DNA of 32,000 nucleotides from an uncultured Lentisphaeria bacterium. GTDB taxonomy: Bacteria; Verrucomicrobiota; Lentisphaeria; JABSQK01; JAJFLO01. A program made the translations under genes and the position numbers. The stretch's first letter is position 1. Every line of letters begins with the position of its first letter. Below the pieces are notes generated by a model. It was given only the letters and a program-made list of their open reading frames with translations. It searched no databases and was not told the DNA's origin. Below, one piece after another: positions 16,204 to 27,700 of the stretch. The DNA is taken from NCBI GenBank assembly GCA_951812855.1, contig OX638337.1, forward strand, positions 1,860,001-1,892,000, in the 5' to 3' direction.

Positions 16204-16444
16204 ATCAGTTTCCCAGACATCATCATAGACGATGACGTACCCTAATATGGCAGAAAATATAAACAAACAATTAAAGCAACGAAGACGAAGGGCATCACTT
16301 TTCCCAAACGAGGCATCACTGCTCAGACTGGCAAGTGCCATTTTGATCGAAATCAGTAACCAACGGGACGCTGGAAAACCGGACCTGAAAATGGATGATC
16401 AGTGACCCGCGATTATCAAATGACAGAAAGAAAACTGCATTACC
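16204..16444 (+). mobile_element. IS256-family insertion sequence remnant: 3' end of the transposase gene plus IS terminus (copy A)
   Basis: The plus frame reads YPNMAENINKQLKQRRRRASLFPNEASLLRLASAILIEISNQRDAGKPDLKMDDQ*. This is the conserved IS256 transposase C-terminus (xNxxExxNxxxKRRTRxxxxFPNExSxLRLxxAxLxExxxxW). An in-frame stop lies at 16226-16228, and possible degenerate transposase sequence (SFPDII) lies just upstream. It is about 85% identical to the inverted copy at 30924-31166. Confidence 0.75.
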
Positions 16445-16588
16445 ACAATAACAGCATGGGTTCTTAGAGATTGACTGTGTGATTTACAGTTGACATTATC
16501 AACTAAAAACTTGTTCAATTTCACTTTATCATCAGGATGGAAACTGCCGGAAACAGCAGGCGGTCTGATGTGAAACGTTCATGTGTTT

Positions 16589-17758
16589 CTAATTAATATC
16601 AGGACAAGGAACCTGTATTTCAATTCCAGCAGCTAAATCTTCATTGGATTTTATTGCTGGATTTGACTCCAGGATCCACTCAACTTTTGAACCATACATT
16701 TCAGATATAGATTCCAGCGTATCACTGCCTGCAATATAATGTGGTAAATTTTTGAATTTAGATGGCTTTTTTATTGAAGATTTATTTTTAGAACTGTCAG
16801 GAACATTGATAGTTACATCAACTTCGGTTGTTGGACTGTCAGTTTCTGAACTATTAAATTCCGGATAGGAATTTTCAGACTGCGGCATTGTCGCCTGGCT
16901 GCTGCCTGGGGGTTGGTTATTTTCCTCTGCGATTGGTGTAAGAATTAAAGTCTGGCCGATATCCAGTCTGTTTGATTTTAAACCATTCAATTTTTTGATT
17001 TTATCAACTCTCAGATTGAATTTTCTTCCGATTTTCCATAACGAATCGCCTTTTACAACTGTATAGATCCCGGAGGCAGGTACTGATTTTCCTTCAATTT
17101 TGCTTATCTTTTTTCTCTTCTCTTTCTTTTTGACAACGGGTCTCTCATTTGCAGGAATAAATTTCCCGCCGGGTGGAATTGTTAATGATGTGCCAATTTT
17201 TAAAATTTGTGATCCATTTATGTTATTTTCACTTGCGATCTCTTGAGAGGTTACTCCGTACATTCTTGCAATTGCCCATAGTGAATCCCCTTTTTTTACT
17301 GTATAAGTAATTGGTTTGACCTCGCTTACTGTTGGCAGCGTATCCGGAACAATTTTTACAGGTGTAATTTTCGGTGCCGTATCAGGAACCGGTCGTTTTA
17401 TTGGTTTTTGGCTGACAGGTTCTTCAATAATGGTATTTCTTATTGGTACAATATCAGATAAGTTCATGACGGGTTTGATTACATCTGATGTACGTTTTTG
17501 GGGAGATTTTGTTAATGCTTTCGATGCAGGTTGGGTTTTATTGGCAGTATTTTCAACTATTCCGATATTATCTGCGGTTTCAGATACATCGTAACTTGGA
17601 TCAAGGTATGGGGGAGGTACGTTTCCTCTGGGCTCAAGAATTTTGACTTTATTTTTGTCTATGGTATTGCAACCAGTTAAAATTACTACAATAAAAATTA
17701 AAGCTGTGACGGGAGGGGTTAGACTGGAACTCAAACTTGTATTAGATGAAGACTTCAT
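16589..17758 (-). CDS. LysM-repeat lipoprotein (three LysM domains)
   Basis: A lipobox VVILTGC follows the hydrophobic N-terminus. The three LysM units are YTVKKGDSLWAIARMYGVTSQEIASENNI, YTVVKGDSLWKIGRKFNLRVDKIKKLNGL and YIAGSDTLESISEMYGSKVEWILESNP. Its start overlaps the murD stop by 17 nt. Confidence 0.85.
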   Translation of the reverse strand: MKSSSNTSLSSSLTPPVTALIFIVVILTGCNTIDKNKVKILEPRGNVPPPYLDPSYDVSETADNIGIVENTANKTQPASKALTKSPQKRTSDVIKPVMNLSDIVPIRNTIIEEPVSQKPIKRPVPDTAPKITPVKIVPDTLPTVSEVKPITYTVKKGDSLWAIARMYGVTSQEIASENNINGSQILKIGTSLTIPPGGKFIPANERPVVKKKEKRKKISKIEGKSVPASGIYTVVKGDSLWKIGRKFNLRVDKIKKLNGLKSNRLDIGQTLILTPIAEENNQPPGSSQATMPQSENSYPEFNSSETDSPTTEVDVTINVPDSSKNKSSIKKPSKFKNLPHYIAGSDTLESISEMYGSKVEWILESNPAIKSNEDLAAGIEIQVPCPDIN

Positions 17759-19163
17759 TTTTTGTTATCCTTTTGACTTCGGTGATAAATAAATTGCCTC
17801 TTTCTTCATAATTAGAAAACATATCGCAACTTGAACATCCTGGAGAAAATAGAATAATATCTCCTGGAACTGCTGAAATTGCGGCTTTTTTTACTGCATT
17901 TGTTAGATTTGTACATTTGAAACAGGTATTTGAGTTACCCCAAATTGACGCCAAATAATCTTTTGTCTCACCTATCAGGTAAATGCTTTTAACATAGTAT
18001 CGCAGATATGAGATTACTTGTTCAAAATTCATTTTTTTATTACGTCCGCCGGCGATTAATATAACGTTTCTATGGTGATTTTTTAACACATTTCCAAAAG
18101 TTTTTAAAGCTTGAATTAATGAATCTGGATTAGTTGATTTCGAATCATTAATAAAACGAATACCATTTTCTTCAATTACTAATTCTTGTCTATGAGCAGG
18201 TATAGAAAATGTATTTATACCTGATAGAGTTACGGTGTGGTCGAGACCCAGCGATTTGCAAACAGCTAATGTCGCCAGGACATTTTCAATATTATGATTT
18301 CCAGAATGATTTAATTCAGTGACGGTGGAAATGGTTTTAATTTTTGCTGATTTGTTTCGGAAATTTATATAATTATTATTTTCCAGAAAATAATCGGCGT
18401 TCATATGCCTGGTGCCTGCACTAAATGTCTTTGGAGAAGGTGAAGGGCAATGTTTCCATTGTTTCTTAAAACTGTCTAATAAATTTACATTAATTATAAT
18501 CTGTTTTGGATCACTGATTTTATTGAAGAGTCTCATTTTAGTTAACGAATAATCGTCATATGATGAATATCGATCCAAATGATCTTCTGAAATATTCAAT
18601 ATTATGGCTAATGCCGGGGAAAAATCGATAATATATTCTAATTGAAAAGAACTTACTTCAGCGACTAAATAATCAAAGTCTTTACTATTCTCAGCTGCTT
18701 TACTTAATGCATAACCATTATTGCCGACAGCCAGACTTTTTTTCCCTGCAGATCGTAAGCAATGATTAATCATTTCAACGGTAGTTGTTTTTCCGTTAGT
18801 ACCGGTAATTGCAATAATCGGGCAGTTGCAAAACCATGACCCAAACTCAAGCTCACTAATAATTGGACATTTTTTAAGCTTAACCAGTTCTAATAATGAC
18901 CCACACAGCTTTATACCTGGGCTGATGATTATCAAATCCAGGTTTGAGTGCCAATTTTTTCCTAAAAAGTTTAAATGGACAGCAGCCCCTTTTCGTGTCA
19001 GTATATTCGCACGATTTATGAGAATTGGGCTTATATTTGTATCGATGATATTGACTTTGGCACCAAAACATAAGGCTAGCTGAGCAGCCTCAAAACCGCT
19101 GATCCCCAAGCCTAAAATTAATATATTTTTATTGAAAATATTTTGGTGTCTCACGAATTTCAC
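17742..19163 (-). CDS. murD: UDP-N-acetylmuramoyl-L-alanine--D-glutamate ligase
   Basis: The N-terminal Rossmann motif ILILGLGISG, the Mur ligase P-loop AITGTNGKTTT, and a length of 473 aa fit MurD. Confidence 0.9.
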   Translation of the reverse strand: MKFVRHQNIFNKNILILGLGISGFEAAQLALCFGAKVNIIDTNISPILINRANILTRKGAAVHLNFLGKNWHSNLDLIIISPGIKLCGSLLELVKLKKCPIISELEFGSWFCNCPIIAITGTNGKTTTVEMINHCLRSAGKKSLAVGNNGYALSKAAENSKDFDYLVAEVSSFQLEYIIDFSPALAIILNISEDHLDRYSSYDDYSLTKMRLFNKISDPKQIIINVNLLDSFKKQWKHCPSPSPKTFSAGTRHMNADYFLENNNYINFRNKSAKIKTISTVTELNHSGNHNIENVLATLAVCKSLGLDHTVTLSGINTFSIPAHRQELVIEENGIRFINDSKSTNPDSLIQALKTFGNVLKNHHRNVILIAGGRNKKMNFEQVISYLRYYVKSIYLIGETKDYLASIWGNSNTCFKCTNLTNAVKKAAISAVPGDIILFSPGCSSCDMFSNYEERGNLFITEVKRITKNEVFI

Positions 19164-19398
19164 TACAATTTCTCTTATTTAAATCATTGTAATTTAGTAA
19201 CAGAATTGTTACAAGATAAAAATATAGAATTAGGGGAAATAGGGATATAATTACGAGGATTTAGATTTCAAGTGTATTAAACGTTTTGTATTCAAAAAAA
19301 TGCAAGGTGGTGCTATTGAATGCAGATCGGTTCAGCATTGGAAAACGATTTTAATAATTGATTTTCGTTTTTTTCTTACACGAATACTTATGATAACG

Positions 19399-20589
19399 TT
19401 AAGTCTGGTTTGATATAATTTCTTTAATTCGTTTCGCAAGTTCAATCATGCTGTAGGGTTTTTGTAAAAATCCTGCTGCACCTGCATTAAGAACATCTCT
19501 GGCATCTTCTTCTTTAACATAACCGCTGGAAAGAAGGACTCTCACATCAGGATCGATTTTTTTCAGTGCAAAAAATGCGTCGTGACCATTCATTTCAGGC
19601 ATAACCATATCAAGTAAAACCAGGTCGATTTTCCCCGGATTTTCTTTGAATATTTCAACACATTCTCGACCATCTGAGGCTAAAACTACGGTATAACCCA
19701 TATTCTGAAGCATATCAATAACGACCTCCCAAATTATATCTTCATCATCAACTAATAAAATTGTTTCGTTTCCTTTTAGGTCTGTCTCATCAATATTCTT
19801 TTCGGTATAGGTATACATCGATACTTTGTTTTGAAGCAACGGGAAATAGAGAACACACGCTTTTTCAGTACTATCGGGTTTTGACAGTAACATGTCTCCG
19901 CCATGCTGTTTAACGACTCCATATATGTAAATTAATCTTTCGGACAAATGGTTGGACGATAAAATTTGAGATTCAAAAACCTGGAAGAGACCCTTGGCTA
20001 AATCAATAGACGAATTTTCATGCAGAGTTATGGTGACTTTCAAAAAATCACCGGCATTCAGTGAGGTTTTTTGATTTTTATATCTATCTTCCTCTAAAGT
20101 TTCCGTAGAAAAATCGAATTTAATACCTTTTTGATTCCCGGATTTATCATCATTGAAAATGCAGGGGATATCAAAAAATAATTGTTGCAGCAGGAATAGG
20201 TTTCCTGAAATAAATGTATTGTTATTTTCGAATACATTTAGATTGGCGGTTATTTCAAAAGTACCGATTTTATTTATACGCTTGACAATAGCGTTTATCA
20301 GGACTTGAAAGTCGATCGATTCAAAATCATATGGCTGCTGTTCATTTATGCGGTCGAGAAGGTAAAGAATTTCACTCATGCGATCAACCGCGGTTTTTGC
20401 CTCGTTTAAATATAATCCTGCTGGAGACTGGGTGTCAATTTCTAAATCAATCAGACTATGGTAACTTTTTAAATGTTTAAGTAAATAAAACAATCCAGCA
20501 TATATTCCATGATTTATTGCTGTTGAGTTTTTAGAATTTTCATCAGTGGTGTTATTATTTGACAGATAATCGTCAACTGACTTATTCAT
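19399..20589 (-). CDS. Response-regulator receiver domain protein with an N-terminal histidine-kinase-like region carrying degenerate ATP-binding motifs
   Basis: The C-terminal REC domain reads ILLVDDEDIIWEVV...IDLVLLDMVMPEMNG...VLLSSGY...GFLQKP, with the acidic pocket, phospho-acceptor Asp and conserved Lys. The upstream ~250 aa have HK-like layout (VVKQHGGDMLLSKPDSTEKACVLYFPL resembles the end of HATPase_c). I could not find an N-box Asn, a DxGxG or a GxGLGL motif. Confidence 0.75.
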   Translation of the reverse strand: MNKSVDDYLSNNNTTDENSKNSTAINHGIYAGLFYLLKHLKSYHSLIDLEIDTQSPAGLYLNEAKTAVDRMSEILYLLDRINEQQPYDFESIDFQVLINAIVKRINKIGTFEITANLNVFENNNTFISGNLFLLQQLFFDIPCIFNDDKSGNQKGIKFDFSTETLEEDRYKNQKTSLNAGDFLKVTITLHENSSIDLAKGLFQVFESQILSSNHLSERLIYIYGVVKQHGGDMLLSKPDSTEKACVLYFPLLQNKVSMYTYTEKNIDETDLKGNETILLVDDEDIIWEVVIDMLQNMGYTVVLASDGRECVEIFKENPGKIDLVLLDMVMPEMNGHDAFFALKKIDPDVRVLLSSGYVKEEDARDVLNAGAAGFLQKPYSMIELAKRIKEIISNQT

Positions 20590-20731
20590 TTTATTCTATC
20601 CATTGGGATGGTTTAATGATTATAGGCCAAGTCTACATCAAATGCTTAATAAAGTCTATCGCCGGTATCTTACAATTTTTTAAAAATCTAAAAAAAGCAG
20701 TAAAACCATTCTATTTACCCAAATGAATAAA

Positions 20732-21829
20732 CTAGTAGGATCGTTTTCTGATATAGACACTCTGGAGGATTCCGACACAACTTAGCATCAGTATCATGAA
20801 GGAACCGCCATAACTGACAAATGGCAGTGGAAGCCCAATAATAGGGGCCATGCCCATCGTCATGCCAATATTTATATAAATATGCACACAAAGCAGTATC
20901 GCAATACCGCATGCGAGGTTTCGACCAAAATTATCATTTGCTTTGATAGAGATATATAAGGCGGTCAAAATCATTGTGCTAAAGATTATGATTAGTAACG
21001 TACTTCCTATAAAACCTGTTTCCTCAGCGATGACAGAAAAAATGAAATCGGTCGGTGCGACCCTCCTCGGCAGGAATCCAAGAACATTTTGAGTTCCTTT
21101 CATAAAACCTTTTCCTGACAAACCGCCACTGCCCACTGCTAAAAGTGATTGACGGGCATTCCAGCCTTCATTCGTCGAATTTTTGGAAGGACTCAAGAAT
21201 ATTTCTATACGTTTTTTTTGATGATCTTTTAAACCATACCGATAAACAAATGGTGATACTGTCAGAGCGAAAATAACGCAATAAAAAATCCATTTAGTCT
21301 TTATACCACTTATAAATAAAATGCCCAGGGCAATTGGTATTAATATACTGGCACTGCCAGGGTCTGGTTGTATCAGAATTAATACCACAGGAATTAATAT
21401 CAAAATCCCGGGAAAAATCATTTCTGTAATGTACTTAAATTTTACAGATGGTCTGGACGCAAACCATGATAAGCTGATAATCAGTCCGAATTTTGCAAAT
21501 TCCGACGGTTGAATGGTCACTCCGGGAATTATTTTCAGCCAGCTTTTCGCACCGTTAATTCTGGAGCCAAACAGTAAAACGGCAATCAACAAAAAGATTG
21601 TCAGTGAATATATCAGCCATGAGTACTTTCCCAAAATCAAATAATCAATTGATGCAATTTTTAGCATTATGATCGTGCCAATGCCCATCCAAATCAGCTG
21701 CTTAATCCAAAAGACACTAAAAGAACCTCCTGTTTGCTGCCCCGTTCCATAAATAAAGGCAATCCCGTAACTCATTGATGCATAGACCAAAAACAAAAGG
21801 AGGAAATTCATTTTTTTGAGTTGTTGCAT
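20732..21829 (-). CDS. rodA: SEDS-family peptidoglycan glycosyltransferase, RodA-like
   Basis: QPSEFAKF, QPDPGSA and AVGSGGLSGKGFMKGTQNVLGFLPRRVAPTDFIFSVIAEETG parallel E. coli RodA ([37 protein letters not shown]). IGLPLPFVSYGGS is also present. The protein is multi-pass membrane, 365 aa. Confidence 0.85.
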   Translation of the reverse strand: MQQLKKMNFLLLFLVYASMSYGIAFIYGTGQQTGGSFSVFWIKQLIWMGIGTIIMLKIASIDYLILGKYSWLIYSLTIFLLIAVLLFGSRINGAKSWLKIIPGVTIQPSEFAKFGLIISLSWFASRPSVKFKYITEMIFPGILILIPVVLILIQPDPGSASILIPIALGILFISGIKTKWIFYCVIFALTVSPFVYRYGLKDHQKKRIEIFLSPSKNSTNEGWNARQSLLAVGSGGLSGKGFMKGTQNVLGFLPRRVAPTDFIFSVIAEETGFIGSTLLIIIFSTMILTALYISIKANDNFGRNLACGIAILLCVHIYINIGMTMGMAPIIGLPLPFVSYGGSFMILMLSCVGILQSVYIRKRSY

Positions 21830-22188
21830 CTTTTAAACCGGATATTTTTCAATAGTCATCTGCCTGGAAATAGCTGATTGAGGTTGAATGATTTTCATTG
21901 CTGTAATACGAAAGAGGTCTTGGTCACAGACCTTATTTATGATCCCCATTGCCCTCCGGCCATTTCCTTTTCTGTGATATAACGCTGAAGACCTTTTGAT
22001 CGCTGAAGTAATTTTTTTGATAATCTTTTAGACTCTTCAATAAGTTGGATTCCTGGGTTGACCGCTGGTTGTTATCACTCACGATAGACTATCTTCCCAT
22101 TGCAGTTTGTATAATCTAATAATTCCTGCGACATTTACGCAGGATGGATTCATGTTCAGTGTAGAATTAATAATGAATAACATACTCT

Positions 22189-22983
22189 ATGGATACTGAA
22201 AATACATTAAAAAACTGGGTCAGTGAGTTGGAAAAAATTATGGAGCAGTTACGTGATAAAGAAAATGGCTGCCCATGGGATATTGAACAAAACCATAAAT
22301 CGCTAAAACGCTGTCTCATCGAAGAAGCTTACGAGCTTATAGATGCCATCGACAATGGGAATGATGAAAATATGATTGAAGAATTGGGAGATGTATTACT
22401 TCAAGTTATCTTCCATTGTCAACTTGCAAAAGAAGAAAACCGATTTGATTTACAAACTTCCGCACAACGATGCTGTGAAAAATTGATCCATCGGCACCCT
22501 CATGTTTTCAGTGATAAAAAATTAGATAATGCAGAGGCTGTATTAAAGCAATGGGAAAGGATTAAACGGAAGGAACCCGGCCACTCAAAACGCAAATCAG
22601 TTTTAGATGGTGTTGCTGATAGTTTGCCAGCATTAATGCAGGCAGAACAGATTCAAAAAAAGGCTGCAAGAGTCGGATTTGACTGGCCGTCGATTGAAGG
22701 CGTTATTAGGAAAATTGAAGAAGAGCTTGACGAACTGAAAGTGAGCATAGCAGAGAATGACAAGGCGGGATTTGACGAAGAACTTGGTGATTTATTGTTT
22801 TCCGTTGCCAACCTTTCCCGATATAAAGGGAAATCACCAGAGGATTTATTACGAAGTAATATTCAAAAATTCTATAATCGCTTTCAATATGTTGAGGATG
22901 AAATTAAAAAGCAGAATAAAAAAATAGAAGAATGCAGTATAAATGAACTTGAAGAACTATGGCAGGATGCGAAGGAATTGTAA
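22189..22983 (+). CDS. mazG: Nucleoside triphosphate pyrophosphohydrolase MazG
   Basis: GCPWDIEQNHKSLKRCLIEEAYELIDAI...EELGDVLLQVIFH forms the first MazG domain. A second EEL(D/G)DLLF repeat (EELGDLLFSVANLSRY) follows. HRHPHVF is also present. Confidence 0.9.
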   Translation: MDTENTLKNWVSELEKIMEQLRDKENGCPWDIEQNHKSLKRCLIEEAYELIDAIDNGNDENMIEELGDVLLQVIFHCQLAKEENRFDLQTSAQRCCEKLIHRHPHVFSDKKLDNAEAVLKQWERIKRKEPGHSKRKSVLDGVADSLPALMQAEQIQKKAARVGFDWPSIEGVIRKIEEELDELKVSIAENDKAGFDEELGDLLFSVANLSRYKGKSPEDLLRSNIQKFYNRFQYVEDEIKKQNKKIEECSINELEELWQDAKEL

Positions 22984-23395
22984 ATTTATTGGAGTATCCG
23001 AAAACCAAAAATTCTTTATGGATGTCTATGACAGGTGTCTTTTCTATTTTGACCATTGCATAAACTCTTGGGACTAAATTTTTTACCGCCGGGTCTTTGT
23101 CCAGGCATTTTGATAAATTGATTGAATTAAAATCAACTCTGCCTGTCGAATGAATTTGATTTGGTGCGATGACTAAATCCATTATCTTCGCGTTTATATC
23201 TATGTATAAACACTCTTCTTTCGATGTTAACTCTTTTTCTTTGTAAAATTGATTATTAATATCTGAAATTGTGTCCCGAATAAGAAGACTGATCTTTTAC
23301 GTTTCAGAATTGCAAATTATTATTCTGTCTTGTTAAAGTGAACCGTTATGCAATAATCAGCATTTTATATTTTTGAATTTCAATAAGGATAAATA

Positions 23396-24739
23396 ATGGG
23401 CAGATTTAACCCAAATCGTGTTGTTAATCAGGCACGGTTATATAGTGAAGTCATCTATGACGTTGTAAAGAGTTCAATTAGTACAGGATATCCAACTGAT
23501 AGAAAACTGGCTTCGTTTTTTAGAAAAAATAAGAAATTTGGATCTTCAGACCGGCGGTTCGTCAGTGAAACTGTATTCTCATTGTTCCGATGGTGGGGCT
23601 GGTTAAGAAAATTTGCCAGATCAGAATCTGTTTTATGGAATATTAAAGACTATAATGTCGCCACAAATCAGAGCTGGTTACGAATTCTGTTAGCAGCAAA
23701 TTTATTAGACAGAGATGCGTTACATCCGATTGCAGCCCAATGGAAAAATTCGTTGAAAGATTTTCGAACATTTTCTAAGTATTTAGAAACCCTTGGTGAG
23801 AGGATTATTGAAGAAAAAGCTGCTGGAATAAGTGCAATCTTTAAGGTTCAGACATTGACTGAACGTGATCTTGTCCCAATATGGTTTTCAGATGAATGCT
23901 ATATTCCCAAAGAGAATCTCTCGCTGCTAATTAATATGTTTCAAAAACGACCGCCAATATGGATTCGGGGGCAATGTAAAAATATAGTGGCTTTATGCGA
24001 TGAATTAAAAAAAGAAGGACTGACTGCCCGTCGATCTGATTTTTTAGCTGATGCGATATTAATTGACCAGCCGAAAAAAAATCTTTTTGAACTGGAGTCG
24101 TTTAAATCCGGTAAATTTGAAATTCAGGATTTCGCATCGCAGGTCATCGGTTATGTTTGTCATGCAAATGCAGGACAGCGATGGTGGGACATATGCGCTG
24201 GTGCCGGGGGTAAAAGTTTACAGCTGGCTTCCATGATGAAGGCAAAAGGAGTTGTCGTTTCAACAGATATAAGGCAATGGAAATTAGACGATCTAAAACG
24301 GAGATTGCGTCGAGGCCGATTTTCAAACATATCAATTCGTGAATGGCATGGGAAAGGCGTACCGGGAAGACCTGCAAATTTTGATGGTGTATTAGTCGAT
24401 GCTCCCTGTTCCTGTTCAGGAACTTGGCGAAGAAATCCTGATGCTCGGTGGACCATGACACATGATGATGTAAAATCATTTCCCAAAATACAATTAGAAA
24501 TTTTAAATAAAGCAGCTAAAGGTGTTAAGAAAAATGGCGTTTTAGTCTATGCGACATGTTCTATATTTGACAGGGAAAACGAGAGTATTATTCAGGAATT
24601 TATTGCCAGCCGAGATGATTTTAGGTTGGATTCGTTTTCCCATCCAATTTCAAAAAAAACTGTGACAGGCATGTTGAGAATCTGGCCCGAAGAAGCAAAT
24701 TCAGATGCAGTTTTTGTTTGTAAAATGATTAGAGTTTAA
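23396..24739 (+). CDS. rsmB: 16S rRNA m5C methyltransferase, RsmB/Sun (NOL1/NOP2) family
   Basis: SAM motif WDICAGAGGKSLQLA, catalytic DAPCSCSGTWRRNPD and YATCSI motifs, and an N-terminal NusB-like region. Confidence 0.82.
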   Translation: MGRFNPNRVVNQARLYSEVIYDVVKSSISTGYPTDRKLASFFRKNKKFGSSDRRFVSETVFSLFRWWGWLRKFARSESVLWNIKDYNVATNQSWLRILLAANLLDRDALHPIAAQWKNSLKDFRTFSKYLETLGERIIEEKAAGISAIFKVQTLTERDLVPIWFSDECYIPKENLSLLINMFQKRPPIWIRGQCKNIVALCDELKKEGLTARRSDFLADAILIDQPKKNLFELESFKSGKFEIQDFASQVIGYVCHANAGQRWWDICAGAGGKSLQLASMMKAKGVVVSTDIRQWKLDDLKRRLRRGRFSNISIREWHGKGVPGRPANFDGVLVDAPCSCSGTWRRNPDARWTMTHDDVKSFPKIQLEILNKAAKGVKKNGVLVYATCSIFDRENESIIQEFIASRDDFRLDSFSHPISKKTVTGMLRIWPEEANSDAVFVCKMIRV

Positions 24740-24779
24740 GGATGGTGGTCGGCTTAGCCCGGTTATATCAATCTGAACA

Positions 24780-27700
24780 CTAACCTAATATCGGTCCTAA
24801 TCGATCTCGGACTTTTGTGAAGGCATCTTCGGGTACGACCGGATTAATGAGGTTCAATATTTCAGGAGGGTGATAGTCCTTGTCAGATGTTGTCTCTATT
24901 GCTGCAGATATCTGTTCCTGATATCTTTTTTGCAGTTCATTCGTAGCGGGATTGTTATTTTTCCAGGGGGTCAAGTCATTATCTCTGATACTTGTTATAA
25001 TGGAATAAGGAAGAAGATCAAATCTATCTTTTCCAAGGAAGCTGGATACTAATTGTGCCAACCATTGTTTAGCGTTTTCTATTGACCCTGCAGTATAGGA
25101 TTTGGGAAAAATGCCTTTCTTATGGGACAGAAAAACAGTAAACTCTGTGCCTTCAGGAATTTTTCCGGCAGCGTTCAGTGTGATAAAAAACAGGTAGGGT
25201 TCCAATATATGCCAGCTTGGTTTGTTCTGTTTTATCTCAGATTTTGCTGTTAATTTCAAACAGGCATTCAGGCAGCCGTCGTTTAAATTTTGCCAAACAA
25301 ATGGCAATGACCCGATAAGCTCGATTGTTTGTGATTGCTCACGTTCTGGATTCACAATGTCAAAAACAAAAGCAGAAAGCCGGAGATCATTTTTTTGAAC
25401 TGAATCGACATTCCCAAGTGTTACATGTGAGAGAAGTCTCCGGCCATTACTTGTTTGTCCATCCAGAAAATTAACTAAAGAGTTTTTTACATTTACGCTG
25501 CCCGTGATTCGTTCAGATATATTTTCTGCAAAATGCCGCCGATTCAAATCACCAAAATTATCAGCGGGAACAAGTGAGCACTGCTGCCAATGAGTATGCA
25601 AATTGTCCAGATACACGTCTTTATTTTCAATATCAATTTCATTTCCGGAGTATTGACGAATGAACGTCTCTAATACATCAATTTCAAATACCCAATCTCG
25701 TGGATATGATGAGAAAAACGGTTCATTTTCTTCAAGTTCTTTCGTCTCGTGCCGATCATTAAACAAAGTCAAGTGAAAGTGCAGTCCAGCTTCGATCGGG
25801 TTTTCCAGAAATTTTGCAAGGTCCCGCAGTGATATTGATTGTCTTTTAGGCAGCTCTTCCTGATGAACGGGATGAAATTCAAATGAAGGCAGCGTGCGGT
25901 TAAGCTGCTCAACTACTCTGTTTCTAAAATCATCAAAACTAATATTTTCAGCTGATTTGCAGTCGTTCCCGTCTGAGGATTCAATCCTGTTGAGGATACC
26001 TGAAAGTGCCTGTAATTTTTCGGTTCTCGAGTAAGTTTCATAAACATCTGAATAGTCATTGTCTGGATTTGAGGTATCAAGATAGTGACCACTGTTCCCT
26101 TTCAGGGGTAAATCAATAACAGGCTGTTCGGATGTTAGAACATGGTTGTCCAGATAGTGAATTAACTGTTTTAAGACACTGCACGGGTAAAAATCTTCTT
26201 CTTTTTTCAAGTCACGGGAAACATAGCTTATATACAGTTTTTCCTGTGCAGACATCAACGTTTCAAGAAAGGTGTATCGATTGGCATCTGTTAGATCAAC
26301 ATCACCGGGTCTGGGGTGAAAAAAACGGCGTAAATCCAGCATGGATTCATCACGGGCTCCCGGAAATTCTCCTTCTTTCATCCCGAGAATATAAACAAGT
26401 CTGAATGGAATCGGACGCATTGGTCTAAGGGCGAATATGGAGATGCCGTGAGATAGAATCGTTCCTTTTCTGCTGGGAATCGTACCCAGCCCGGATTTTA
26501 TTATTTCTATAAGTAATTGAAGTGATAGCGTATTAGTTTCTAAATTGAGTTGATCGAAAATGATAGAATCCTGAAAAAACTCCAACAGTTTTTTGCGAAT
26601 AACCAATTCATTGGATCTTTCAACTGGAATGTCAATAAATTTACCATCTAACTTTTGAATATTTTGCCGCCATTGTGAAAGGTTCAGGTTAGCTGATTTT
26701 AACGGTATAAGATGTTTGAACAATGATTCAATTATGAATGAAAATTTACCGACACTGTCCTGATTACTGCTTTCCATGTCCGAGTACGGAACGATTCCTT
26801 TAAAATCGGGAAACGTTTTATCATTAAATTCAATCTCATCTGTCATGATCCGCCCGAAGCGGAGACGTGTTAACCCATGCGTCCATGAGAATGGCTGCGT
26901 ATCCGTTTGGTATTCAGTTTCAAAATTTCGAAAAATACCAAGTGAATCTGTCCATTCCAACCACTGCACAGCATCTAAACGCGTTGCGTTAATACCGGCA
27001 AGAAAACATGGGTTAAAAATCAAATTAAACAGCTCTTTTCGGGTAAAATCCCCCAATGCAAGGGTTAACATCGAAATCATCGCCTGTCCATAAATACTTT
27101 CAACCGCGGCATTACCATCATTAAGATTATAGGGTACCTGTCCGGAACCGGAAAAAACGTAGTCAATTGCCGGTTTATACTCCTTGAGGTTTGTGACCAT
27201 AACTGCAATATCGGTCAGTTTAAGTTCAGGATTCGTTTCCATATTGTGAATGATGGTGTGATAAACCATCTCTACTTCCCTGTAAATTGATGGACATGCA
27301 ATGATCTGGAGACTCTTGTCAGGTTTAACGCGGGTATTCTTGAGCAATCGGTGCCGGATGTTGTGTTGAAGCTCATGCAGGACAGAATTGTTCCCTTTAT
27401 CAGCTGATTCTTCTGCAAGCCACTCTCCTTCACAGTTCACTTGATTTTGAAACCGTTCTTCAAATTCACTGAGTAAAACCAACGTTTCCCGACCGGCGTG
27501 TCCCCAGGCCTGAAGCAATGGATTTTCTAAAAAATCTGTTTTAATGTTTGGTCTCAACTCATTATCGCTCATTGGCAATCTCAATTTTCGAATCCTTTCA
27601 AACTCCAACGCCCTTAGTTTACGTTGTTGTGAACGGGTGGGAATATCTTCCCAAAATTCACAGCAGACCGAATATTGGTACATATGAAGATTAAAGCAGT

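Noticed and set aside
16096-16341. 81-aa minus-strand ORF, and the similar peptide encoded on the plus strand at about 31026-31140
   Set aside because: Both are the antisense strand of the IS256-family transposase remnants. The peptide similarity simply reflects the DNA repeat.
22904-23296. Minus-strand open frame (92-aa track ORF; the frame stays open upstream to about 23296 without a Met) between mazG and rsmB
   Set aside because: It overlaps the mazG 3' end by 80 nt and has no start codon for its upstream part and no recognisable motif. It may be a gene remnant, but I cannot support a call.
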